In this document: piece after piece, positions 42,825 to 51,942 of the stretch
Layout of the letters: the number at the start of each line of letters is the position of its first letter
Numbering within the stretch: position 1 is the first letter of the stretch
Source of the DNA: Verrucomicrobiota bacterium
Lineage (GTDB): Bacteria > Verrucomicrobiota > Verrucomicrobiia > Opitutales > Cerasicoccaceae
Reading direction: 5' to 3'
Assembly (NCBI GenBank): GCA_039818205.1
Contig: JBCBUK010000003.1
Span: forward strand, 160,001 to 224,000
Length of the DNA: 64,000 nt
Translations under genes and position numbers: made by a program
The notes under the pieces: model-generated
Told to the model about the DNA's origin: nothing
The model's database searches: none
Seen by the model: only the letters and a program-made list of their open reading frames with translations

Positions 42825-43514
42825 CTAGAATTCGACGGCGTCGCCGCATTCCATTATGTATGGAATCACACCTAAATCGTGAGCGGCTTCCGCAAAGCCG
42901 GATGGATCCTGTTCGATTAGCGCGAAGGTGTTGTAGTGGATCGGAACGACGTATTTCGGATTTAGCAACTCGGTTGCTTTGGCGGCATCTTCGGGGCCCA
43001 TGGTGAAGCGGTCTCCGATGGGCAACATCGCAAGGCCGATGTTGTGCATCTCGCCAATCAGCTTCATGTCGCCAAACAAGGCGGTGTCCCCTGCGTGGTA
43101 GAAGCAGGTACCTCCCGATTCCACGATAATGCCAGCGGGCATTCCGAGGTAAATCGGCAAGCCATCCTCGCCTGGATAGCTCGATCCGTGGAAGGCGATG
43201 GTGAGTTTTACCCGGCCGAAGGGCAGATTGATGCCGCCGCCAATGTGCATCGGCTCGACCTTGAGGTCATGCTTCTCGCTGAGGAAGCTCGCCAGTTCAT
43301 TATTGGCGATGACGGTGGCGTCATTGGCCTTGGCGATTTCGATGGTGTCTCCCACGTGGTCGTCGTGAGCATGAGTCAATAAGATGTAGTCGCATTTAAC
43401 CGTTTTGGGGTCGATGGTGCAATGATCGTTCCCGGAAAGAAACGGATCAAACAGGAGTTTCGCACCTTCGGTCTCCAAAAGGCACGCAGCGTGACCGAAA
43501 TAACTAAGTTTCAT
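42825..43514 (-). CDS. Metallo-beta-lactamase-fold hydrolase (UPF0173)
   Basis: GHA, DPFL, THAHDDH, YHAGDT, LPIG, PIHY. Confidence 0.9.
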   Translation of the reverse strand: MKLSYFGHAACLLETEGAKLLFDPFLSGNDHCTIDPKTVKCDYILLTHAHDDHVGDTIEIAKANDATVIANNELASFLSEKHDLKVEPMHIGGGINLPFGRVKLTIAFHGSSYPGEDGLPIYLGMPAGIIVESGGTCFYHAGDTALFGDMKLIGEMHNIGLAMLPIGDRFTMGPEDAAKATELLNPKYVVPIHYNTFALIEQDPSGFAEAAHDLGVIPYIMECGDAVEF

Positions 43515-43630
43515 GGTGCCATTGGGTAACGATTCTCATCCTGGTGGGCAATCGTGTAATGCATCGTTTCCGCAAAAGATGCATTAATGGATTGATTTGA
43601 TTCCGTGCTTTTCTAGGATTCTGACCATCA

Positions 43631-44215
43631 ATGGCTGCGGTAAATTCAACGATGCTGCCCCTTGGCACCCCGGCTCCCGAATTCGCATTACCCGATGTGG
43701 ATGGGAACACGGTGTCGTTGGCTCAGTTCGACGGCGCATCGGCTTATGTCGTTGCGTTCATCTGTAATCATTGCCCTTACGTCATACATATTCGTAAGGA
43801 TCTGGCGCGAGTTGCCATGGAATACCATGAGCAGGGAGTGACCATAATTGGGATCAATAGTAATGACTATGAGAAGTACCCGGATGACAGTCCGGAGAAG
43901 ATGCGCTCCCAGATTTTTGAAGCCGGATACACTTTCCCTTACCTTATTGACGAGACCCAAGAAGTAGCCAAGGCCTACCGTGCGGCTTGTACGCCTGATT
44001 TTTACGTGTTCGATCGTGATCGATACCTTTGCTATCGTGGCCAGTTTGATGAGTCACGTCCGGGCAATGGTGTCTCCGTCACCGGGTCTGATCTGAGGGC
44101 GGCTTTGGACACGACCTTAGAAGGAGAGCGTATTCTTGATGATGTGCAAAAGCCCTCGATTGGCTGCAACATCAAGTGGAAACCAGGTAACGAGCCTGAC
44201 TACTACCTCAAGTAG
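43631..44215 (+). CDS. Thioredoxin-fold/AhpC-TSA family protein
   Basis: FICNHCPYV, ACTPDF, YRGQFD, SIGCNIKW. Confidence 0.9.
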   Translation: MAAVNSTMLPLGTPAPEFALPDVDGNTVSLAQFDGASAYVVAFICNHCPYVIHIRKDLARVAMEYHEQGVTIIGINSNDYEKYPDDSPEKMRSQIFEAGYTFPYLIDETQEVAKAYRAACTPDFYVFDRDRYLCYRGQFDESRPGNGVSVTGSDLRAALDTTLEGERILDDVQKPSIGCNIKWKPGNEPDYYLK

Positions 44216-44227
44216 ACTGGGAAGGAC

Positions 44228-45190
44228 TTAATCGGGTTGATTGATCCAATCTTTAAGGATCGTTCCACCGACGAGGCCTAGGTTATCTAGCGCGGCAACC
44301 ATTCCGGGATAGTTCGGTTCGGCGTCTCCAATCAGATTCTCTACGGCATCTTTGCCTTGTGGCGGGGTGGTGAAGTTGCTCGCTCCCCGGAGCACCAGAA
44401 CGCGGTCCATGGATACCCGCCCGACTCGGTTGAGATGGCTCAGGGCTTGAAGGGTCCCGGTGTCCTCCATCCCCGAGGTGATGAATCGGCTTTGTTGATT
44501 CGTCCAGTAGTCGACCCACTTTTCGGCCCACTCGTTGTGGTGCGGTCCATGCCAGAATCGGGCTGCCGACAGTGAGGCGCCAATGTCTACTTTCGGGGCT
44601 TCACGGGTCGCGGGATATTCCGCGTACTCCTCGATCGCCGCCTTGAGCTTGTCTGGATTCGAGAGCTCAAGTTCTCGAGTTCGCTGCCATGCCCAGGCGA
44701 GGAGTTCGGGGTTCAATTGAAAGCGTTGGTAGGGGCGCCCCATCAGGCCGCTTTCGAGCGAACTGGGTCCGTAGGGCTCACTGGCTCCAAGCGGGAAAAT
44801 GCCAATCGGCCAGTCGTCCGGAGCGCTACGAATATCGACTTCGTGGGCGAGATCGCCGTCGACGATCCAGTCGGTCCAGTAGACACTGCCCAGAGTGCCT
44901 TCATTGGGATTTACGCCCGCAATTCCGCTAATCAACCAGTTAGTTTTTCGTAAATCTATCTCTGGGCAGAGCCCCAAAGCCATGAGCGAAACTGCCGTAT
45001 TTGCGGTTCCAACGCCCGCAACGAGCGCGATTAGAGACATATCTTCCGTGGCGTAAATGTGATCTAGGCCGCATCCAGAAAGTTCTAAAGGCTTGATGTT
45101 GAATTGCTTGCGGTATGGAGTGAGCTCGCCGAGTTGATGGCCGTCGGGCTCAAACATGGTTACAAGCACTGCTTTTACGGGCTGAGGCAT
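44228..45190 (-). CDS. NUP ('purine nucleoside permease') family protein
   Basis: VTMFE, WLISGIAGVNP, DLAHEVD, FWHG, MEDTG, RVLVLRGASNF; no TM segments seen. Confidence 0.8.
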   Translation of the reverse strand: MPQPVKAVLVTMFEPDGHQLGELTPYRKQFNIKPLELSGCGLDHIYATEDMSLIALVAGVGTANTAVSLMALGLCPEIDLRKTNWLISGIAGVNPNEGTLGSVYWTDWIVDGDLAHEVDIRSAPDDWPIGIFPLGASEPYGPSSLESGLMGRPYQRFQLNPELLAWAWQRTRELELSNPDKLKAAIEEYAEYPATREAPKVDIGASLSAARFWHGPHHNEWAEKWVDYWTNQQSRFITSGMEDTGTLQALSHLNRVGRVSMDRVLVLRGASNFTTPPQGKDAVENLIGDAEPNYPGMVAALDNLGLVGGTILKDWINQPD

Positions 45191-45366
45191 AGTATTAGCA
45201 TTGCCAAATTGTCACGGAACGCACGCCAAAATCGGGCTCGACCTGGGAAGGGTTCACATTAAAAAGAAATCCTTCCGAATCCCAATCAGAGACTACTTGG
45301 TTTTCCCTAACTTTGTAGACTTAAGCACAGTATAATCCCATTACCATTTGATCTGCACCCCTGAAC

Positions 45367-46758
45367 ATGGACCTGATACATTCGTTATCCGATATTTGCC
45401 TATGTTATCTGCCTGACTCAAACGCCTACGTTCGACTAAAAAGCCAGCTGGAATCCGCGGAGGCGTTCTTGAGCCGTCCGCCGATAATCGCCTGCCCAAA
45501 GACAGTTGAGCAGGTTGCTTCACTCGTTGACTGGGCAAATTGGGAAGGCTATGCGCTAACCGTAAAGGGTGGTGGTCACAGCCGCATGTGTGCGCATGAC
45601 CAGGCGATTATGGTCGATCTCAGTGGTTTTCGCCGCGCTGAGTGGGATGGTTCGTTTGTTGTGGCAGGCGGCGGTGCCTTGATGGGCGATGTTCTCAAGG
45701 CTTGCCCGACAGGCATGGCGGTCCCAATTGGTGCTGCTCAAACGCCCGGCATGGGCTTGGCTCTGCAAGGTGGGATCGGAGCGTTGACGCGCAGCTGTGG
45801 CCTGACCATCGACCACTTGGCTGAGGTGACGATTGTTGCGGGCTCTGGTGAGTTACGCATCATCAACGAATATAGTTGGGGCTCCGCCTCGGACCTTTGG
45901 TGGGCATTGCGCGGTGCGGGTTCTCAGTTCGGCATCATTACTGAAGCCCGATTCCGGACCTCGAAGATTCCCCGGACGATGCGGTATCAACAGCTCAAAT
46001 TGAACCTCGAATCGTTGATTGCCTACGGTGAATACGCCCCCAAGTTGCCGCGCGAGGTATCGCTCTCTGGAGTGATCGGTCGGGGAACGACAGATAAGGA
46101 GCACTCGCTTCTGCTGCAGGCAACCTACGCAACGGACGATGCGGAGGTTCATGAAACGGCGGATACCATCATCGATGAATTGGTGGCGCAACCCGGGAGC
46201 GAGGTTCGATGGGAGCTCGATACCGATGGCATCTATTTGAATGCGCCGTTATTTGATATGCCCAACGATGACGGTAGCTATGCCATACCGTGGCAACCCG
46301 GCGATCAAGCCCACACACGTCTTCGCACCTACAAGAAAACACTCTTTGTCAAATCGCTCGATGACGCTCATGCGAAGCAACTGATCGAGTTTTCTCAAAA
46401 AGCGCCGACCCCGTATTGCCGAATTGATTTTCAGCAGACTGGAGGGGCACTCCGGGATGTTGCGCAGGAAGACTCGGCGTTTTGGAATCGCGATTTCGAA
46501 TGGAGCGTCACGGTATGCGGTGGCTGGCTTTGGGGAACCGATCAAGAAGACGCCTGCGTTGAGTGGGTTCGCGACGTTCGCAACAGTTTACACGACACAA
46601 CCGCCGGGCAATACTCGGTCGAGATCTTTGGCGAGGATGGAGACTTCGACAAAGAACTCGCGGCTTCATTTGGCGATCACTTACCGCGACTCAAGCAGAT
46701 CAAAGCGCGTTGGGATCCCCAGCAGGTGTTCCGGCACTACCTACAGCTCGAGTCTTAG
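45367..46758 (+). CDS. FAD-linked oxidoreductase (VAO/BBE family)
   Basis: KGGGHS, GGIG, DLWWALRGAG, RLKQIKARWDP (BBE C-terminal motif). Confidence 0.85.
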   Translation: MDLIHSLSDICLCYLPDSNAYVRLKSQLESAEAFLSRPPIIACPKTVEQVASLVDWANWEGYALTVKGGGHSRMCAHDQAIMVDLSGFRRAEWDGSFVVAGGGALMGDVLKACPTGMAVPIGAAQTPGMGLALQGGIGALTRSCGLTIDHLAEVTIVAGSGELRIINEYSWGSASDLWWALRGAGSQFGIITEARFRTSKIPRTMRYQQLKLNLESLIAYGEYAPKLPREVSLSGVIGRGTTDKEHSLLLQATYATDDAEVHETADTIIDELVAQPGSEVRWELDTDGIYLNAPLFDMPNDDGSYAIPWQPGDQAHTRLRTYKKTLFVKSLDDAHAKQLIEFSQKAPTPYCRIDFQQTGGALRDVAQEDSAFWNRDFEWSVTVCGGWLWGTDQEDACVEWVRDVRNSLHDTTAGQYSVEIFGEDGDFDKELAASFGDHLPRLKQIKARWDPQQVFRHYLQLES

Positions 46759-48116
46759 ACGCCAACCCCTTCGAGGACGAGTTCGCCCATGAGAATGGTT
46801 GCCGTTGCCTCGGTGATCTTTACGGAAACGAGCTCTCCGACCAAGCGTTCGTTCGCGGCAAAGATGACTTTACGGTGTCCGCGGGTGCGGCCCATATACA
46901 TGCCTTCACCCTTGCGCGCGGGTCCTTCGACCAGGACCTCTTGCTCGGTGTCCACGTAGGTTTCATTTCGGGTAAGCGAATACTCAGCCAATTGGTCCAG
47001 CAGTGCTTGGTTACGCTCGAGTTTGACCTCTTCGCTAATGGGATCTCCCAGTGGTTCTGCGGTTGTTCCCGGGCGGACGCTATATTTGAAGATGAATGCC
47101 ATATCGAAGCGGATTTCTTCAAAGGCCTGGCGGGTCATTTCAAAGTCCTCTTCCGTCTCTCCGGGAAAGCCAACGATGACGTCGGTTGAGATGCAAAGGT
47201 CGGGGCAGCGCTCACGAAGAGCATTGATGATCCGCTTGAAGCGCTCGACCGAGTAGGGGCGGCGCATTTCCTTTAGGATGCGGTCACTGCCACTTTGCAT
47301 TGGAAAGTGAATATACTCGCAAAGTTTCTCCAGGCGACCGTAGCAATTGATCAAGTCCTCGCGGAAACCAACAGGATGCGGGCTCGTAAAGCGAATGCGT
47401 TCGATGCCATCAATCTCGTTGACGCGTTCCAGTAACTGCACAAATGGGCTTTTGCCGTCAACGAAGGGAAATTCACGCACCGCATACTGGTTTACAATTT
47501 GTCCAAGCAGGGTAACTTCTTTAGTCCCGTTGGCAGCGAGCTCTTCGATTTCGGCAACGATGTCGTCCATCGGCCGGGCACGTTCTTCGCCGCGTGTTTT
47601 CGGCACGATGCAGTAACTGCACTTCATGTTGCAGCCCTGCATAATGCTGACGAAGGCGCTGACTTGCCGTTCGCTGTCGTGTTGGCGAATCGTGTTCTGG
47701 CTTCCTTCCTCTGCTTCGAGATCGACAATGGTTTCCGGGCGGGGCCCTTGGCCCTGGCGGGTCGCGATCAAGTGATCGAGGTGATCGGGAACTGCGTGGA
47801 ATTTCTGAGTGCCGACGAGGAGGTCCAAATCAGGTAGCCGATCCAGAATGTCTTCACCACGGTTCTGTGCCATGCAGCCCATGACTCCAATCATGAAGTC
47901 GGGATTCTTTCTCCGGCGCTTGCGCAAGTGGCCGGCCTTACCCAGAGCCTTTTGTTCAGCGAGTTCACGGACCGAGCAGGTGTTCAGCAAAACGATATCA
48001 GCTTCCGCCTCGTCGGCGACAATACTATAGCCACGTCCGCGCAGCATCGCGGCGACCGCGTCGGAGTCGCGCTCGTTCATTTGGCACCCGTAGGTCTTGA
48101 TGTGAACTCGGTTCAT
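46755..48116 (-). CDS. miaB: tRNA i6A37 methylthiotransferase
   Basis: TYGCQMN, NTCSVRE, GCMAQ, GCNMKCSYC, IVGFPGET, C-terminal TRAM domain. Confidence 0.96.
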   Translation of the reverse strand: MNRVHIKTYGCQMNERDSDAVAAMLRGRGYSIVADEAEADIVLLNTCSVRELAEQKALGKAGHLRKRRRKNPDFMIGVMGCMAQNRGEDILDRLPDLDLLVGTQKFHAVPDHLDHLIATRQGQGPRPETIVDLEAEEGSQNTIRQHDSERQVSAFVSIMQGCNMKCSYCIVPKTRGEERARPMDDIVAEIEELAANGTKEVTLLGQIVNQYAVREFPFVDGKSPFVQLLERVNEIDGIERIRFTSPHPVGFREDLINCYGRLEKLCEYIHFPMQSGSDRILKEMRRPYSVERFKRIINALRERCPDLCISTDVIVGFPGETEEDFEMTRQAFEEIRFDMAFIFKYSVRPGTTAEPLGDPISEEVKLERNQALLDQLAEYSLTRNETYVDTEQEVLVEGPARKGEGMYMGRTRGHRKVIFAANERLVGELVSVKITEATATILMGELVLEGVGV

Positions 48117-48252
48117 TGAGCAAAAGAAAATCCTGCACATTGGGTATTTATCCCGTGCGGGTCAAGTTTGGTCTGCGTTTGCGGGCTCCGACAAGTTATT
48201 CACTTTCGGACGATTTGCTGGTGTTTGACGCGAGCATTGTTATGAGTGCTCT

Positions 48253-49035
48253 ATGCGTTCATTTATTATTTTTCTTCTGTCGGTCACAATTGCATCTCTG
48301 GTTCACGCGGAGCAGAAAATTGATGTTTTCCCGCTGGAGAACCGCGAGGCGTCCTCACTGGTTTCCGTCATCGGTAGCGTCATTGGACCGGAAGGGCGGG
48401 TCAGCGTTGATGACCGGACCAACAGCTTGATCGTTTCCTATCCGGCAGAAAAAGAGGCAGACTTACGACGCATTATCGCGCAGTTGGATCAGGCGGATCC
48501 CAACATCGAGCTGGAGTTGGTCACCATTGAGGCGAGTTCCGAAGTGTTTAACCATTTGGGGTTAACGGGCCGAACGCATTTTGGTGCCAATGCCTACGCG
48601 TCGCTATTGCCTTTGTTAACCGAGAATCGCGACGCTAAGGTTGAGCGTTCGCAGCGAATCACGACCCGTAACAATACCCCGGCGAACCTGACACTTGCGA
48701 CAGGCCCAGCAGCACCCGTATACCGTGACCATCACGGCTATCGTGCTCCTCAGGTCCAGTATCTGGAGGTCCTGCCTCGACTCCTTGCGGATAACAATAT
48801 CGAGGTAAAACTGGCGGCGGGCTCTCCAACCCTCGACCGTGGGCATAATTCACGCAGTGAGGTATTTACCACCGTTTTGGTCGAAAATGGGGGTGCTATA
48901 GCCGTTGCGGGACACAATTCGAGCAGTTCATCGAGTAGTAAAGCTCAGGTGCCCATCATTCCTTTTGGACTGGAAAGCAATAAAAGTGGGAATACAGAAC
49001 GCGTTGTACTGCTCCATGTTAGAAAGCAGAATTAG
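48253..49035 (+). CDS. Short secretin-like protein (Secretin_N/NolW domain + truncated secretin domain)
   Basis: Signal peptide; DDRTNSLIV, IAQLD, IELELVTIE, ITTRNNTPA, TTVLVENGGAIAVAG. Confidence 0.7.
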   Translation: MRSFIIFLLSVTIASLVHAEQKIDVFPLENREASSLVSVIGSVIGPEGRVSVDDRTNSLIVSYPAEKEADLRRIIAQLDQADPNIELELVTIEASSEVFNHLGLTGRTHFGANAYASLLPLLTENRDAKVERSQRITTRNNTPANLTLATGPAAPVYRDHHGYRAPQVQYLEVLPRLLADNNIEVKLAAGSPTLDRGHNSRSEVFTTVLVENGGAIAVAGHNSSSSSSSKAQVPIIPFGLESNKSGNTERVVLLHVRKQN

Positions 49036-49189
49036 CCGACAATTTACTCAAGAATTTTCGATAACGGACGATTTAGTAATCTGTTATTGTTCTAGGGGAA
49101 ATACTGATGGAAAAATACCTTATAAATTGACAGCCCTGGGATGTTTGACCTATTTTTAACAACATTCTACTGTGTTCGTATCTATTCCG

Positions 49190-49621
49190 ATGAGTGATCA
49201 GCCGAAAGTGTTCGTCTATGGCACCTTGAAGCCTGGGGGGTATTATTGGCCCCGCTTCTGTGAGGGGCGAGTGGTTTCGGCAATTCCAGCACGGGTGAAG
49301 GGGCAATTGTTTGCGCTTCCGGCCGGTTATCCGGCGCTTACCCACGGCGATGGCTGGACGCACGGTTACCTGCTCACTTTGAAAGATGCTGCGGTCCTGG
49401 CTGGCTTCGATTCCCTCGAAGGCTATGAAGTTGGTCGGAGATCAGAGGACAACGAATACGATCGGGTCGAGATCGACGTTTACTGGGAAGATGGTGGAAT
49501 TGCTGGCCGATCCTGGACCTACATGATGTCGATTGACCGAATCAATGCGCTTAAAGGAGTCCTGATTTCCAACGGGGAGTGGGATGTTGATGATCCGGAC
49601 GAGATCCCGGCTTTGAACTAG
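49190..49621 (+). CDS. Gamma-glutamylcyclotransferase family (AIG2/YtfP)
   Basis: VFVYGTLKPG, GYPAL, DSLEG, YDR. Confidence 0.9.
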   Translation: MSDQPKVFVYGTLKPGGYYWPRFCEGRVVSAIPARVKGQLFALPAGYPALTHGDGWTHGYLLTLKDAAVLAGFDSLEGYEVGRRSEDNEYDRVEIDVYWEDGGIAGRSWTYMMSIDRINALKGVLISNGEWDVDDPDEIPALN

Positions 49622-49742
49622 AGAGTCGTTTCGCGGTCAGAATTTGGAGAAATCCCTCCGATTTGCGGGATGTTCGCACCTTTTTGACGTTTCAGCGCAA
49701 AAGAAATTGATTCACAGTAACTTCACGTGAATCGTTGCTGAA

Positions 49743-51176
49743 ATGAGTAATTCTGACGTTATACCCGACGTTTTGGCGGATCGATACGCATCGCAAGAGA
49801 TGCGCAACATTTGGTCCGCCCAAGGTCGTATTGTATTGGAGCGCGAGTTCTGGATCGCGGTGATGAAAGCCCAACGCGGTTTGGGTCTCGATATTCCCAA
49901 AGAGGCGATCGAAGCCTATGAGGCCGTCAAGGAGCAGGTGGACGTTGAGTCGATCCGCCAGCGCGAGGCGGTCACCCGCCATGACGTAAAAGCGCGTATC
50001 GAGGAGTTTAATGCGCTGGCCGGCGCGGAGCATATCCACAAGGGGATGACGAGTCGCGACCTAACGGAAAACGTCGAGCAGCTACAGGTCTGGCGTGCGC
50101 TGCGGGTTATCGCCACCAAGAGTGTGGCGGCTCTTTTGGCATTTTCTCGTCGTGCGGAAGAATACAAGGGCTTGGTCGTGTCTGGCCGAACTCACAACGT
50201 TGTCGCCCAAACTACCACCTTCGGCAAGCGATTGGCGATGTTTGGTGAGGATCTGGAGCGCGCGATTGCCAGTTTTGAACAGATGCTGAAGCAATATGCC
50301 GCTCGTGGGCTCAAAGGAGCTGTGGGCACCCAACTGGATCAGCTGAATTTGTTTGAGCTCAATGCAGGCTTGGTTTCCAAGCTCGAAGACGAGATTGTGC
50401 GTCACTTGGGTGTGCCGCGTAGCTTGGATAATGTCGGGCAGGTCTACCCGCGGAGCATGGACTTCGAGGTTGTCAGTTCGCTTTATCAGTTGGCTTCCGG
50501 ACCAGCGTCTTTTGCCAAGACCCTGCGGTTGATGGCTGGCCATGAGCTGGCCGGAGAAGGATTTCTACCGGGACAAGTCGGTTCATCGGCCATGCCGCAC
50601 AAGATGAACAGCCGTTCCTGTGAGCGGATCAATGGGTTTCAGGTCATCTTGCGGGGCTACCTGGAGATGGCGGCCAGCCTGGCGGGCGATCAATGGAATG
50701 AGGGCGATGTGTCCTGCTCGGTGGTTCGACGCGTGATGTTGCCGGATGCGTTTTTCGCCATTGATGGCCTTTTGGAAACCTTGTTGACGGTCCTGAATAA
50801 CATGGGTGCGAATCCCGCAGTTATCGAGCAGGAGAACCGCCGCTACTTGCCGTTCCTTTTGACAACGACGGTGCTGATGGCTGCAGTTAAGAATGGAGTC
50901 GGGCGCGAAACTGCACACGAAGTGATCAAGGAACACGCGGTTGCGACGGCCCATGATCTACGGTCGGGTGAAATTAGCCACAACAACCTTTTCGAGCGCC
51001 TCGCGGCCGACGAGCGTCTCGGGTTGTCTGGCCAGTACCTCGACCATATGATGGAGTCAGCCGGTCAGGCAACGGGCGCTGCCCAGGCACAGGTGGGATC
51101 CTTCTTGGCTAGTGCCGAGCAGTGGGCAGAGCGCTATCCGGAGGCTAAATCATACCAGCCAGGATCGATTTTGTAG
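49743..51176 (+). CDS. purB: Adenylosuccinate lyase
   Basis: RYAS, RHDV, HKGMTSRD, GRTH, GSSAMPHKMN. Confidence 0.96.
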   Translation: MSNSDVIPDVLADRYASQEMRNIWSAQGRIVLEREFWIAVMKAQRGLGLDIPKEAIEAYEAVKEQVDVESIRQREAVTRHDVKARIEEFNALAGAEHIHKGMTSRDLTENVEQLQVWRALRVIATKSVAALLAFSRRAEEYKGLVVSGRTHNVVAQTTTFGKRLAMFGEDLERAIASFEQMLKQYAARGLKGAVGTQLDQLNLFELNAGLVSKLEDEIVRHLGVPRSLDNVGQVYPRSMDFEVVSSLYQLASGPASFAKTLRLMAGHELAGEGFLPGQVGSSAMPHKMNSRSCERINGFQVILRGYLEMAASLAGDQWNEGDVSCSVVRRVMLPDAFFAIDGLLETLLTVLNNMGANPAVIEQENRRYLPFLLTTTVLMAAVKNGVGRETAHEVIKEHAVATAHDLRSGEISHNNLFERLAADERLGLSGQYLDHMMESAGQATGAAQAQVGSFLASAEQWAERYPEAKSYQPGSIL

Positions 51177-51203
51177 CCGAGCGGTGGCGGGGCAGGATGA
51201 TGA

Positions 51204-51779
51204 TTAATCGTTCTTCCCCGTCAGCTTGCTGAAGATCACGGAAGTCAGGCCTCGCTTTTTCGGCGGGTTTTCGACTTCGACGCTAGCGCCAGCTAGGACG
51301 TTCTCCTCTTTGACTGGGGGCGGCTTTGGCACTTGCGGCGGAGGCGCTCCAATACTCTTATGCGCTGCTGGCAGGGGGCTGGGAGGCATGGTTGCCCGCG
51401 GCGGAACCGGGGGACGCGTATGCATCATGTAGTGCTGACGCAATTTTTGGATGACTTGACGGTAAAGTAAAGGCTTCGTAAAGTAAGGTATCCCGGCTTC
51501 GTCCAACATTTCTTCATCAACCGGTGTCAAACACCCCGAGACAACGGCTAGCTTTATGCGCGGGTAACGTTCCTTTACCTCCATTAGATAGTCAATTCCA
51601 GCGCCGTCAGGTAGGCGGTGGTCCGCAATGATCAAATGGATGGTCTGCCAGTTCTCATCAACGAGTTCACGGGCATCTGCCAGGTTGAGTGCTGGATGCA
51701 CAGTATGCCCAAGTTTTCGCAATTGTTCTACGCCAATTGCGCTGAGCTCTACTTCGTCTTCCAGGAATATTATATTCAT
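51204..51779 (-). CDS. Stand-alone response regulator receiver with Pro-rich tail
   Basis: LEDE, IIADHRLPDG (phospho-Asp), VVSG, FTKP; no output domain. Confidence 0.85.
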   Translation of the reverse strand: MNIIFLEDEVELSAIGVEQLRKLGHTVHPALNLADARELVDENWQTIHLIIADHRLPDGAGIDYLMEVKERYPRIKLAVVSGCLTPVDEEMLDEAGIPYFTKPLLYRQVIQKLRQHYMMHTRPPVPPRATMPPSPLPAAHKSIGAPPPQVPKPPPVKEENVLAGASVEVENPPKKRGLTSVIFSKLTGKND

Positions 51780-51942
51780 TGACTGTGCCTTCGAGGATCA
51801 AGGGTTCACAGTATTTGATGGCAGGAATTGGTAGTATAAAGCCGGTAAGAAAACGAACAAATTCTTCTATCCGACTGTTAAACGAGCAATAGCGTTTTAT
51901 CAGGCTCGTTCAGTTCGATCCAGTTAAAACAAATGTCAAACC

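Noticed and set aside
46755..46758. Short overlaps of convergent stop codons (also 40729-40736 and 63716-63719)
   Set aside because: Common in compact genomes; no sign of function.
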